From an uncultured Gammaproteobacteria bacterium (GTDB lineage Bacteria; Pseudomonadota; Gammaproteobacteria; Steroidobacterales; JABDLF01): a stretch of 64,000 bases of DNA. Shown here one piece after another: positions 11,058 through 19,678 of the stretch. The notes beneath the pieces were generated by a model. It was given only the letters and a program-made list of their open reading frames with translations. It did not search any database and was not told the origin of the DNA. The stretch is from assembly GCA_963759075.1 (NCBI GenBank), contig CAVWXZ010000014.1, positions 9,545-73,544 of the forward strand, written 5' to 3'. Position 1 is the first letter of the stretch. Every line of letters begins with the position of its first letter. The position numbers and the translations under genes were made by a program.

Positions 11058-13527
11058 CAGACGGTTCTTGCAACCTCATGACGCTCGAAACACTCGATCT
11101 GATCGCCGACCTTGACGTCATTGTAGTTCCTGACACCAATTCCGCATTCTGTGCCGGCCCGCACTTCGTTGACGTCATCTTTGAAACGCCGGAGCGAGTC
11201 CAGCTCGCCCTCAAAGATTACGACGTTGTCGCGCAGGATCCTGATCGGCAGGCTGCGTCGCACATAACCATCGGCCACCATGCAGCCCGCTACCTGGCCA
11301 AATTTCGGCGAGCTGAACACTTCCCTGACCTCCGCAAGACCCACAATCCTTTCCCGAATCTCGGGCGCGAGCAATCCACTGATTGCCTGCTTGACGTCTT
11401 CGATGGCCTCATAAATAACTGAGTAGTAGCGCAGGTCCACCCCGGTTTCCTTGACCGCAGTGCGGGCCGCCGCATCCGCACGCACATTAAAACCGATCAC
11501 GACAGCGCTTGATGCCGCAGCAAGGTTGACGTCTGATTCCGTAATCCCACCGACGCCAGAGGAAATGACTTTGACCGGCACTTCCTCGTGAGACAGGCGG
11601 GCCATGGACTGCGCCAGTGCCTCGGCACTGCCCTGCACGTCGGCTTTGATCAACAGGTTGACCGAGTCTTTCGCGCCTTCCTGCATCTGCGAGAATACGT
11701 CCTCGAGCTTGGCCGCCTGCTGCTTCGCCAGCTTTACATCGCGCTGCTTACCCTGGCGGAACTGTGCAACCTCACGCGCCTTGCGCTCGTCTTCCACCGC
11801 CAGCATTTCATCGCCGGCATCCGGTGCACCAGACAAGCCAAGCACCACCACGGGCGTTGAGGGACCCGCCTCGCTGACTTCCTTACCGCTGTCATCGAAC
11901 ATGGCACGAATTCGGCCGACTTCCTTGCCGGCCAGGATATTGTCCCCGACTTTGAGGCGTCCGCGGCTGATAAGTACGGTCGCGACCGCGCCGCGACCTT
12001 TTTCAAGGCTCGACTCAATCACGACGCCCGATGCGGGCCCGACATCAACCGCCTTGAGTTCAAGCACCTCCGCCTGGAGCAGCAGCGCGTCAAGCAGATC
12101 ATTGACGCCGTCACCGGTCTTGGCGGAAACGCTGACGAACATCGTATCGCCACCCCAGTCTTCCGGAATAACTTCCTTGGCGGAGAGTTCGTTCTTGACT
12201 CGCTCCACATCCGCCGCATCAAGATCGATCTTATTTACTGCCACTACAATTGGTACGCCGGCGGCGCGGGCATGTTTGATGGCCTCCTCGGTCTGCGGTT
12301 TGACGCCGTCGTCGGCAGCCACCACCAGGATCACGATGTCCGTCACCTGGGCGCCACGGGCGCGCATAGCCGTAAAGGCCTCGTGACCGGGTGTATCCAG
12401 GAACGTGATCACACCCTTATCGGTCTCTACGTTGTAGGCGCCAATATGCTGGGTGATGCCGCCCGGCCTCACCTTCTGTGACCCGGGTCCTGCGTATGTA
12501 ATCCAGCAGCGACGTCTTGCCATGGTCGACATGACCCATGATGGTCACCACCGGCGGAGCGTGGCTTCGCTTCGGCATCGACAGCCGGAATGTCTATCAG
12601 CTTGTCTTCAACCTCTGTATCACTCACCAGCTTGGCGACATGACCGAGTTCCTCAACCACGAGGACGGCCGTGTCCTGATCGATGCTCTGGTTGATCGTG
12701 ACGATCACACCCATATTCATCAGTGCCCGGATAACTTCGGGCGCCTTAACTGCCATACGCTGCGCCAGTTCGCCGACTGTCATAGCCTCGGGAATCGACA
12801 CCTCGCGCACAACAGGTGCAGTGGGCATCTCGAAACCGTGCTGTGAATCTCCGCTCACCTGAACGGAACGCCGCCTGCGCGGCTTCTTAATCCGACGTTG
12901 GCCGCTCTTGCCACGGGCGACATGCAGCTCTTCGCGCCCATAGCGCGTAGCCGCCTTGTTCTTGACTTCTTTCTTTTCGCGTCTGGCCTGCTCTTCGCGG
13001 CGCTTACGCTCACGTTCCGCCTTGTCCAGTTCGGCCTGGCGGCGCGCCACTTCATCGGCGCGTTCCTGCGCGTCTTTTTCCTCTGCCAGTCGCCGGGCCG
13101 CCTCCTGCTCCTGCTGGCGGGCGGCGACTTTCCTTTCTTCCTCCGCCTTGCGCTCCTCTTCGGCCAGGCGCTGCTTCTCCAGTTCATCTCGCTGCGCCTG
13201 GGCCTTTTGTTCCAGCACGTCGCGCTTGACGTAGGTGCGCTTGCGGCGCACCTCAACATTGACGGTGCGCGCTCTGCCCTGGGAACCGGACATGCGCAAC
13301 TCGCTCTGCTGCTTGCGCTTGAGCGTTATCTTCTTGGGCGCGCTGGTATCTTTCGCCTGTTTACCGTGACTCTGACGCAAATAGGTCAACAGCTCCAGCT
13401 TGGCATCTTCGCTAATGATGTCCTGCGCGCTGGTAACCTTCAGCCCCGCCTCATCGAGCTGCGTAAGCAGTCGATCAACAGGTACTTTCAGCACCTCGGC
13501 AAATTGTGCAACAGTGACTTCCGACAT
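11057..13527 (-). CDS. infB: translation initiation factor IF-2 (one frame break at about 12462)
   Basis: ORFs 12469..13578 (N-domain, KE-rich linker) and 11057..12532 (G domain to C2). [15 protein letters not shown] and [12 protein letters not shown] are present. Start is [13 protein letters not shown] at 13527, behind GGGAG. Confidence 0.95.
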
Positions 13528-13549
13528 TAGTTCGCTCCCATATGCCCTC

Positions 13550-15046
13550 TTACTCTGATTCTTCGAACCAGTGCGCACGCGCCGCCATGATCAGCTTCGC
13601 GGCTTCTTCAGCATCAATCTTTTCGATTTCCGTCAGATCATCCACGGCCTGCTCAGCCAGATCTTCCCGCGTGACAATCCCATGGCTCGCCAGCACAAAG
13701 GCCAGCGCCCGGTCCACGCCCTCCAGCGCCAGGAGATCCTCGGCAGGCTCAACCTCGTCTATCTTCTCTTCACTGACAATCGCCTGAGTCAGCAGGGTGT
13801 CGCGTGCCCTGTTACGCAGCTCATTGACTATGTTCTCGTCGAATTCTTCGATTGCCAGCAACTCTGAAGCCGGCACATATGCGACCTCCTCGATGCTTGA
13901 GAACCCTTCCTGCACGAAAATCATGGCAATTTCTTCGTCAACATCGAGCTGTTTCTTGAACAACTCCAACAACTCACGAGTCTCCTGTTCGCTCTTGGCT
14001 TCGGCATCTGCCTCTGCCATGACGTTGAGCTCCCAGCCGGTCAGTTCGCTCGCGAGACGGATATTCTGACCCCCGCGGCCAATGGCGAGTGACAGCTTGT
14101 CCTCTTCAACCGCCACATCCATGCTGTGTCGCTCTTCGTCCATGACGATGCCGGTCACTTCTGCAGGCGACATCGCGTTGATTACAAACTGCGCCGGATT
14201 CGAATCCCACAGAATGATGTCGACACGTTCGCCGGCGAGCTCATTCGACACCGCCTGAACCCGCGAGCCGCGCATGCCAACGCAGGCGCCAACCGGGTCT
14301 ATACGCTTGTCATTACTCTTGACGGCAATCTTGGCCCGCAGGCCCGGGTCACGTGCCGCACCGAGGATTTCGATAAGATCCTGCCCGACTTCCGGAACTT
14401 CCAGCTCAAACAGCTGCACGAGGAATTCAGGTGAAGTCCGGGTAAGAAAAAGCTGCGGCCCTCTGATTTCGGAGCGAACCTCCCGCAGCAGGCCCTTGAT
14501 CCGGTCCTGTGGCCGGATCGGCTCCCTCGGGATCATGTCTTCGCGCGACACGAAGCCCTCGGCATTACCGCCAAGATCGATGTAGGCGCCATTACGGTCC
14601 ACCCGCTTCACAATGCCGCTGACCAGTTCGCCAACCCGCTCCTGGTATTCCTCCACGACCTGCGCCCGCTCAGCCTCTCGCACTTTCTGCACGATGACCT
14701 GTTTCGCCGTTTGCGCCGCGATGCGACCGAAAGTCACTGACTCCATGGGCACTTCCACGTAGCCGTCCACTTCCGCCTCGGGATCGACCTCAAGGGCATC
14801 TTCAAGTCTCAGCTCGTGATCAGGCGTCTCCAGCTCTGACGAGTCGTCAGCAAACACTTTCCAGCGTCGGAAAGTCACATAGTCGCCAGTCTCGCGGTCA
14901 ATCTGAACTCGCGCGTCGATATCTTCGGGGTGCCGACGACGTGTCGCGGATGCCAGCGCAGCCTCGATTGCCTCGAAAATAATCTCACGCTCGACGCCTT
15001 TCTCATTGGATACCGCGTCGGCAACCATCAGAATTTCTTTGTTCAT
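13550..15046 (-). CDS. nusA: transcription termination/antitermination factor NusA
   Basis: Intact. [37 protein letters not shown]; S1, KH and C-terminal acidic repeat regions are recognisable. Confidence 0.95.
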   Translation of the reverse strand: MNKEILMVADAVSNEKGVEREIIFEAIEAALASATRRRHPEDIDARVQIDRETGDYVTFRRWKVFADDSSELETPDHELRLEDALEVDPEAEVDGYVEVPMESVTFGRIAAQTAKQVIVQKVREAERAQVVEEYQERVGELVSGIVKRVDRNGAYIDLGGNAEGFVSREDMIPREPIRPQDRIKGLLREVRSEIRGPQLFLTRTSPEFLVQLFELEVPEVGQDLIEILGAARDPGLRAKIAVKSNDKRIDPVGACVGMRGSRVQAVSNELAGERVDIILWDSNPAQFVINAMSPAEVTGIVMDEERHSMDVAVEEDKLSLAIGRGGQNIRLASELTGWELNVMAEADAEAKSEQETRELLELFKKQLDVDEEIAMIFVQEGFSSIEEVAYVPASELLAIEEFDENIVNELRNRARDTLLTQAIVSEEKIDEVEPAEDLLALEGVDRALAFVLASHGIVTREDLAEQAVDDLTEIEKIDAEEAAKLIMAARAHWFEESE

Positions 15047-15080
15047 GGCCCTTGATCCAGTCTCTCGCAAAAAGAATGTT

Positions 15081-15528
15081 TCACAGCAATGGCGCCAGCT
15101 GCGCCTTCTCAATCCAGTTCAGCTCAAGTCGCACGGAGTCGCCGTCGACCTGTATCTCAATCGTTTCGCCCTCTATGCCCGTCAGCGGTCCCGGTATACC
15201 GCCTGCGTCCATCACGCGGAATCTTCAGCAGGACCTTGACCCGCTCGCCGGCAAAGCGCTCAAAATGCGCCGGCGTTCTGAGCACCCGATCCGTCCCTGG
15301 CGAGGACACCTCCAGCGAGTAGTGCCCCGGCAGTGGATCTTCCACGTCCAGCAGCGCACTTATTTGCTCGCTCACCTTTTCACAATCGCCCAGCCCGATG
15401 CCCTCCGGTCTGTCTATAAAAATCCTCAGCAGCCCGTTCTCACCACTGCGATACTCAATGTTCACGAGCTCATAGCCCAGTCCCGTGACCGTCGGCTCGA
15501 GCAGCTGCCGGAGCGCCGTGTCGTCCAT
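15081..15528 (-). CDS. rimP: ribosome maturation factor RimP (one frame break near 15205)
   Basis: [61 protein letters not shown]. After correction the C-terminus reads [37 protein letters not shown]. Confidence 0.85.
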
Positions 15529-15545
15529 CGCAAAACTCTCATCAA

Positions 15546-15568
15546 CAAAAAATGGGCCAGAGGCCCAT
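15546..15568 (-). terminator. hairpin plus T-run in the rimP leader (attenuator-like)
   Basis: Minus-strand ATGGGCC-TCT-GGCCCAT-TTTTTTG, 18 nt upstream of the rimP ATG. Confidence 0.5.
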
Positions 15569-15632
15569 CTTCTTATTAGCTCTTTCCACCTGGTGCCAGC
15601 CTGAATCCCAGGTCACGGCCTTCCGTTCTTGC

Positions 15633-15658
15633 AAACAAAAAGCCCCATGCGGGGCTTT
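15633..15658 (-). terminator. rho-independent terminator immediately downstream of the tRNA-fMet relic
   Basis: Minus-strand AAAGCCCC-GCAT-GGGGCTTT-TTGTTTG. Same layout as the terminator behind the intact tRNA-fMet. Confidence 0.6.
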
Positions 15659-15673
15659 CTGTCTACCAGAATT

Positions 15674-15765
15674 TGGTAGCGGGGGCGCGCTTCGGCTTTT
15701 ATAAGCCTTTACGAATCAAACTCTTACCCAAAGCCGGGTAGGAATTTTAGCCCAAAACCCCCGAT
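15674..15765 (-). pseudogene. degenerate tRNA-fMet (metY) relic, or tRNA-like leader of the rimP-nusA-infB operon
   Basis: The 3' end GCCCCCGCTACCA is identical (13/13) to the intact tRNA-fMet 3' end. The 5' strand ATCGGGGG can pair with it. An anticodon-arm-like hairpin GGCTTATAAAAGCCGAAG resembles GGCTCATAACCCGAAG of the tRNA. The T-arm is missing and the D region is replaced or expanded. This is the metY position in E. coli. Confidence 0.5.
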
Positions 15766-15774
15766 AGGCCGCGG

Positions 15775-15803
15775 ATTATACGGGGGTGGCGTTGGCGAAG
15801 CAA
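15775..15803 (-). promoter_or_regulatory. sigma70-type promoter TTGCTT-17-TATAAT with GC-rich discriminator, paralogous to the tRNA-fMet promoter
   Basis: Minus-strand CCCGTATAATCCGCGGCC matches CCCGTATAATCGGCGGCC upstream of the intact tRNA-fMet at 17 of 18 positions. Confidence 0.45.
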
Positions 15804-15905
15804 TGGGAATGCCGCGGGCGAGCCTCGCCGACCAATACCCAACCCGGAGCGCGCCAGTCACCGTATCAGATGCGCCCATCACCAGGGCAAGGCAGACGTG
15901 TCCGA

Positions 15906-16411
15906 TTACAGCCCAAACTTCTGAAAATGCAAGAATGCTCCAGACTGCGGCAGGCCCATCAGCCCGCGTATATGCAATTCGACACATCGCGCCAGGCTGT
16001 TGATTTTGTACCCCCCTCCACTGCCGAGACAATTCGATCCGAGCCGGACTTCCGCGCCACATTTATGATCTGTTCGGTGACCCATGAATAATCGGCATCC
16101 GACTGCGGCTGCCGCATGCAGGGCGGCTTTGAGATTCCCCGGACTGATTACGGTGTCCGGATCAACCCTGGCATAACCGCGACCGGGGACCAGTGACCGC
16201 AATCTGTCAAGGTGGCCCGGCGTATGCACGCGCAGCAGCTGACCCGTGGTTGCCTCCGGCACATCGAAATGCCTGAGCACGTCGAAAGCCCGGACGCAAT
16301 CAACCGATCATTAATGGCCGACAGGCGACGGACATTCTCGGGATGGCCCGCTGAGGTGTCATGGTCCAGCCATGCGCGGTGACTGATGTATGCCGTGCCC
16401 ACGATGTACAT
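15906..16411 (-). pseudogene. histone-deacetylase-family (acetoin utilisation / acetylpolyamine amidohydrolase-like) gene remnant lacking the catalytic core
   Basis: N-terminus MYIVGTAYISHRAWLDHDTSAGHPENVRRLSAINDRLIASGL ... LLRVHTPGHLDRL ... DPDTVISPGNLKAALHAAAAV runs straight into the family C-terminus DADYSWVTEQIINVARKSGSDRIVSAVEGGYKINSLARCVELHIRGL. About 130 aa of the zinc-binding / His-His core are absent, and there are 2 frame breaks. Confidence 0.7.
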
Positions 16412-16486
16412 TTCAACTTGGATTTGCGGTTATCATTCGCCCCCGACGACTGTGACAATATCAGAAAATTCGAGCACACCGCCCCT

Positions 16487-19183
16487 ATGGACAAACATTA
16501 CCTGGCCCCGCTTTTTACCCCACAAAGCGTCGCACTGTTTGGCGCAAGCGACCGAATGAACTCAGTCGGCGGGGTCGTATTCAAGCACCTGCTGACGTCA
16601 GGCTACAAGGGCCGCGTCTTTGCCATAAATTCCAGGCGGGATACCGTGCAGGGTCAGAAAGCGTACTCGTCCCTGGATGAAATCGACGCAACGGTAGAGC
16701 TTGTGGTCGTCGCAACCCCGGCCAGCAGCGTGCCCGAAATCGTGACCTCCTGCGGCGAGCGCGGCGTCAAGACCATGCTGATCCTCTCAGCAGGGTTCCG
16801 TGAAACAGGCGCCGCCGGCCGACGGCTCGAGGATCGGGTGGCGAAGCTGGTTCGCCATTACGGCATTCGCATGATGGGACCCAATTGTCTTGGCATCATC
16901 CGGCCGGACATTGGGCTCAATATTACTTTCGGTAACAACAATGCCCTACCCGGCAATCTGGCGTTGGTCTCGCAATCAGGCGCCATCTGCACTGCCATCC
17001 TCGACTGGGCAGAACAGAATGACATCGGATTCTCTGCTGTCGTTTCGACAGGCATTGCCGCTGATCTGGATTTTGGCGACTACCTTGATTACCTGGTATC
17101 AGATCATGCTACCAAGGCAATCCTGCTTTATATTGAAGGCATCAAGAACTCGCGACACTTCATGAGCAGCCTGCGTGCCGCAGCGCGCATGAAACCAGTC
17201 ATAGCGCTGAAGGTTGGCCGGCACGCCGCTGGCGCAAAAGCATCGATGTCGCATACCGGAGCACTGGTCGGGAGTGACGAGACCTTTTCCGCGGCGCTGT
17301 CTCGTTCCGGCGTTCTCCGTGTCGACACCATCAGCCAACTTTTTGCTGCCGCCAGGGCGCTTTCATCCTTGCACTATCGCAACCCATCGGACCGCCTGGT
17401 CATCATCACCAATGGCGGCGGCCCGGGCGTTATGGCCGCCGACCGGGCGACCGACCAGGGCATTGAACTGAGTGAGCTGAGCCCCGCAACGATGAAGGCT
17501 CTGGACGAAGTATTACCGAGTGTATGGTCACACGGTAACCCCGTCGACATCATCGGCGATGCGCCGCTGGCGCGGTATCAGCAGGCCATTGATATCTGCC
17601 TCAAGGACACGGGCGTGGATGGCGCCATCGTCATCCTGACTCCGCAGGCAATGACCAAACCGACCGAGGCAGCGGAGGCGGTGATCAAGTCAGCGCAGAG
17701 CAACAACAAGCCAATCATGACCAGCTGGATGGGTGGTAAGCAGGTCGAAGAGGCGCGGCGGCTTTTTAATAACGCGCGCGTTCCGAATTTTCGCAATCTG
17801 GAAAACGCGGTCGACGCATTTTCCTATCTCGCTCGTTACAACCGTAATCAGCGCCTGCTGATGCAGACGCCAGCTCGATTGACGCGCGGCCAGAAACCGC
17901 CCGACAGCCAGGGCGGGCGCCTGATTATCGAGGGGGTTCTTGCAGAACAGCGAAAGATCCTGACCGAACCCGAGGCGATGGCTGTTCTAAACGCGTTTCA
18001 GATACCGTCGGTGCGCAACGGCGTCGCGCACTCCGCAAACGAAGCCTTAGTCATCGCCGAGTCCATTGGTTTCCCCATCGCTATGAAAGTGCTGTCCACC
18101 GATATATCGCATAAATCGGATGCAGGCGGTGTCAGGCTGAACATCAATTCTGCGCAGGAAGTCCGGGGCGCTTATCGCCAACTGATTGAGCAGGTCACAC
18201 AGAGCGTACCGGATGCCAGAATATCGGGCGTTACGGTCGAAAAGATGTATCGCAGCTCAACCGGCCGGGAACTGATGATTGGCATAATCAAGGATCCTGT
18301 ATTTGGCCCGGTAATCAGCTTTGGCAGCGGTGGCACAAACGTCGAGATAACAGGTGATGCGGCCATCTCCTTGCCGCCGCTCAACCGGCGCCTTGCTAAA
18401 GATCTCATCGATCGCACGAAAGTCTCCAGATTGCTCGGCAAGTTCCGCCATCTTCCGGCCGTGGACATGGACAAGCTGATTGACGTGCTGCTCGGCGTGT
18501 CCGGCATGGCCTGCGAATTGCCGTGGATACAGGAAATGGATATCAATCCGTTGATTATTGACGAACACGGCATCGTCGCTGTCGACGCACGCATTGTTGT
18601 TGATTACCCGAAACCGTCAACGGACCCATATCATCATCTCGCCATCCATCCCTACCCTGCTCAACTCGTCAGGGGCATCCAGCTGAGTGACGGCACCGAT
18701 ATTGTGATTCGACCGATTCGACCGGAAGACGCGGAAATCGAGGCGAAGTTCGTGCGCGACCTCTCCAAAGAAGCGAAATATTTCCGATTCATGAATTCTC
18801 TGCAGGAGCTCAGCCAGGAGATGCTGGTCCGATTTACTCAGATCGACTACCACAACGAGATGGCCCTGATTGCCGTGCGCTCGGATGGCACAGTTGAAGA
18901 ACAGATTGGCGTTGCCCGTTACACGACCAACCTGGACAAGAAAAGCTGTGAATTTGCCTTAGCTATTGCGGACAATTGGCAAGGCAAAGGACTTGGCCAC
19001 CATCTGATGCGCGATCTTATGGATATCGCACGCGATCGTGACCTCGAGAGAATGGAGGGCCTGGTATTGAGTGAAAATGCCAAGATGCTCGACCTGGTAG
19101 CGTCGCTTGGATTCCAGATCAGCAATGATCCTGAAGATAGCAATGTGAAGGTAATATCGGCGCCCCTGCACCGCGACGATTGA
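16487..19183 (+). CDS. pat: protein lysine acetyltransferase Pat/PatZ type (ADP-forming acyl-CoA synthetase-like domains plus C-terminal GNAT)
   Basis: Intact, about 898 aa from MDKHYLAPLFTPQSVALFGAS. Contains CoA-binding and ATP-grasp-like regions. GNAT end reads IRPIRPEDAEIEAKFVRDLS...YFRF...IDYHNEMALIAV...ALAIADNWQGKGLGHHLM. Collinear with E. coli YfiQ/PatZ. Confidence 0.9.
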   Translation: MDKHYLAPLFTPQSVALFGASDRMNSVGGVVFKHLLTSGYKGRVFAINSRRDTVQGQKAYSSLDEIDATVELVVVATPASSVPEIVTSCGERGVKTMLILSAGFRETGAAGRRLEDRVAKLVRHYGIRMMGPNCLGIIRPDIGLNITFGNNNALPGNLALVSQSGAICTAILDWAEQNDIGFSAVVSTGIAADLDFGDYLDYLVSDHATKAILLYIEGIKNSRHFMSSLRAAARMKPVIALKVGRHAAGAKASMSHTGALVGSDETFSAALSRSGVLRVDTISQLFAAARALSSLHYRNPSDRLVIITNGGGPGVMAADRATDQGIELSELSPATMKALDEVLPSVWSHGNPVDIIGDAPLARYQQAIDICLKDTGVDGAIVILTPQAMTKPTEAAEAVIKSAQSNNKPIMTSWMGGKQVEEARRLFNNARVPNFRNLENAVDAFSYLARYNRNQRLLMQTPARLTRGQKPPDSQGGRLIIEGVLAEQRKILTEPEAMAVLNAFQIPSVRNGVAHSANEALVIAESIGFPIAMKVLSTDISHKSDAGGVRLNINSAQEVRGAYRQLIEQVTQSVPDARISGVTVEKMYRSSTGRELMIGIIKDPVFGPVISFGSGGTNVEITGDAAISLPPLNRRLAKDLIDRTKVSRLLGKFRHLPAVDMDKLIDVLLGVSGMACELPWIQEMDINPLIIDEHGIVAVDARIVVDYPKPSTDPYHHLAIHPYPAQLVRGIQLSDGTDIVIRPIRPEDAEIEAKFVRDLSKEAKYFRFMNSLQELSQEMLVRFTQIDYHNEMALIAVRSDGTVEEQIGVARYTTNLDKKSCEFALAIADNWQGKGLGHHLMRDLMDIARDRDLERMEGLVLSENAKMLDLVASLGFQISNDPEDSNVKVISAPLHRDD

Positions 19184-19282
19184 CCGCTCGCTGATGCTCG
19201 CGTTTGTCGGCCGGCTTTGCCGGCCTCGACACGAACCTGCGCCGCTGCGCGGCTGTGCAGGTTCAAACCTTGTCCATTTCCA

Positions 19283-19320
19283 AACGAAAAAGGGCCCCGC
19301 AATGGGGCCCTTTATTCGTT
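19283..19320. terminator. palindromic terminator, copy 1 (downstream of pat)
   Basis: AAACGAAAAA-GGGCCCC-GCAAT-GGGGCCC-TTTATTCGTTT. Confidence 0.6.
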
Positions 19321-19441
19321 TTGGTAGCGGGGGCAGGATTGACCGCTCGCTGATGCTCGCGTTTGTCGGCCGGCTTCGCCGGCCTCGACACGAACCTGCG
19401 CCGCTGCGCGGCTGTGCAGGTTCAAACCTTGTCCATTTCCA

Positions 19442-19479
19442 AACGAAAAAGGGCCCCGCAATGGGGCCCTTTATTCGTT
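19442..19479. terminator. palindromic terminator, copy 2 (immediately downstream of tRNA-fMet)
   Basis: Same sequence as copy 1. On the minus strand it is followed by TTTTTCGTTT, and it lies 2 nt after the tRNA CCA. Confidence 0.65.
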
Positions 19480-19480
19480 T

Positions 19481-19557
19481 TGGTAGCGGGGGCAGGATTT
19501 GAACCTGCGACCTTCGGGTTATGAGCCCGACGAGCTGCCAGACTGCTCCACCCCGCA
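19481..19557 (-). tRNA. metY: initiator tRNA-fMet (anticodon CAT)
   Basis: Minus strand reads TGCGGGGTGGAGCAGTCTGGCAGCTCGTCGGGCTCATAACCCGAAGGTCGCAGGTTCAAATCCTGCCCCCGCTACCA. It is near-identical to E. coli tRNA-fMet. It has the three G-C pairs in the anticodon stem, an encoded CCA and a mismatched 1:72 pair. Confidence 0.95.
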
Positions 19558-19570
19558 TCTGCGGCCGCCG

Positions 19571-19599
19571 ATTATACGGGCAGTACCATCCAAGCTCAA
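19571..19599 (-). promoter_or_regulatory. sigma70 promoter of tRNA-fMet (TTGAGC-17-TATAAT) with GC-rich discriminator
   Basis: TATAAT is the reverse complement of 19571-19576 and TTGAGC the reverse complement of 19594-19599. CGGCGGCCGC lies between the -10 and the tRNA 5' end, as in stringently controlled stable-RNA promoters. Confidence 0.55.
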
Positions 19600-19678
19600 G
19601 GCTTAGAGCGGGCAATTCACAGATAGTTTTTCCGGAGGCGTCGCCAGACCCGCCGGGGGGATGCCGCGTGGGCGGCGC

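Larger units (their letters stand above)
19178..19499. repeat. tandem duplication, 2 x 159 bp plus 4 bp, spanning the pat stop codon, two hairpins, a terminator and the last 19 nt of tRNA-fMet
   Basis: 19178-19336 equals 19337-19495 with a single mismatch (ggctttgcc versus ggcttcgcc). GATT is repeated at 19178, 19337 and 19496. TGGTAGCGGGGGCAGGATT occurs at 19322-19340 and 19481-19499. Confidence 0.95.

Noticed and set aside
19205-19281. A possible second, plus-strand tRNA ending in ...TTCCA, suggested by GCAGGTTCAAACC at 19257-19269
   Set aside because: No complementary acceptor 5' strand, D-arm or anticodon arm can be drawn. The T-stem does not close (CCTTG versus the required CCTGC). I treat it as a T-arm-like inverted repeat within the duplicated unit.
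19178-19499. The repeat as a CRISPR array or minisatellite
   Set aside because: There are only two long (159-bp) units directly abutting each other, with no spacer/repeat alternation and no cas genes in the window.
15674-19557. Calling the tRNA-fMet-bracketed segment an active integrative element
   Set aside because: There is no integrase, excisionase, transfer or phage gene. The cargo is one metabolic or regulatory gene plus a deleted pseudogene. At most it is a relic, and it is reported as a finding with that caveat.
18959-19615. 218-aa minus-strand ORF (and 19194..19502 on plus) with an internally repeated peptide
   Set aside because: The repeated peptide is simply the translation of the 159-bp tandem DNA repeat. 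The ORF also runs through the tRNA-fMet gene and its terminators, so it is not coding.
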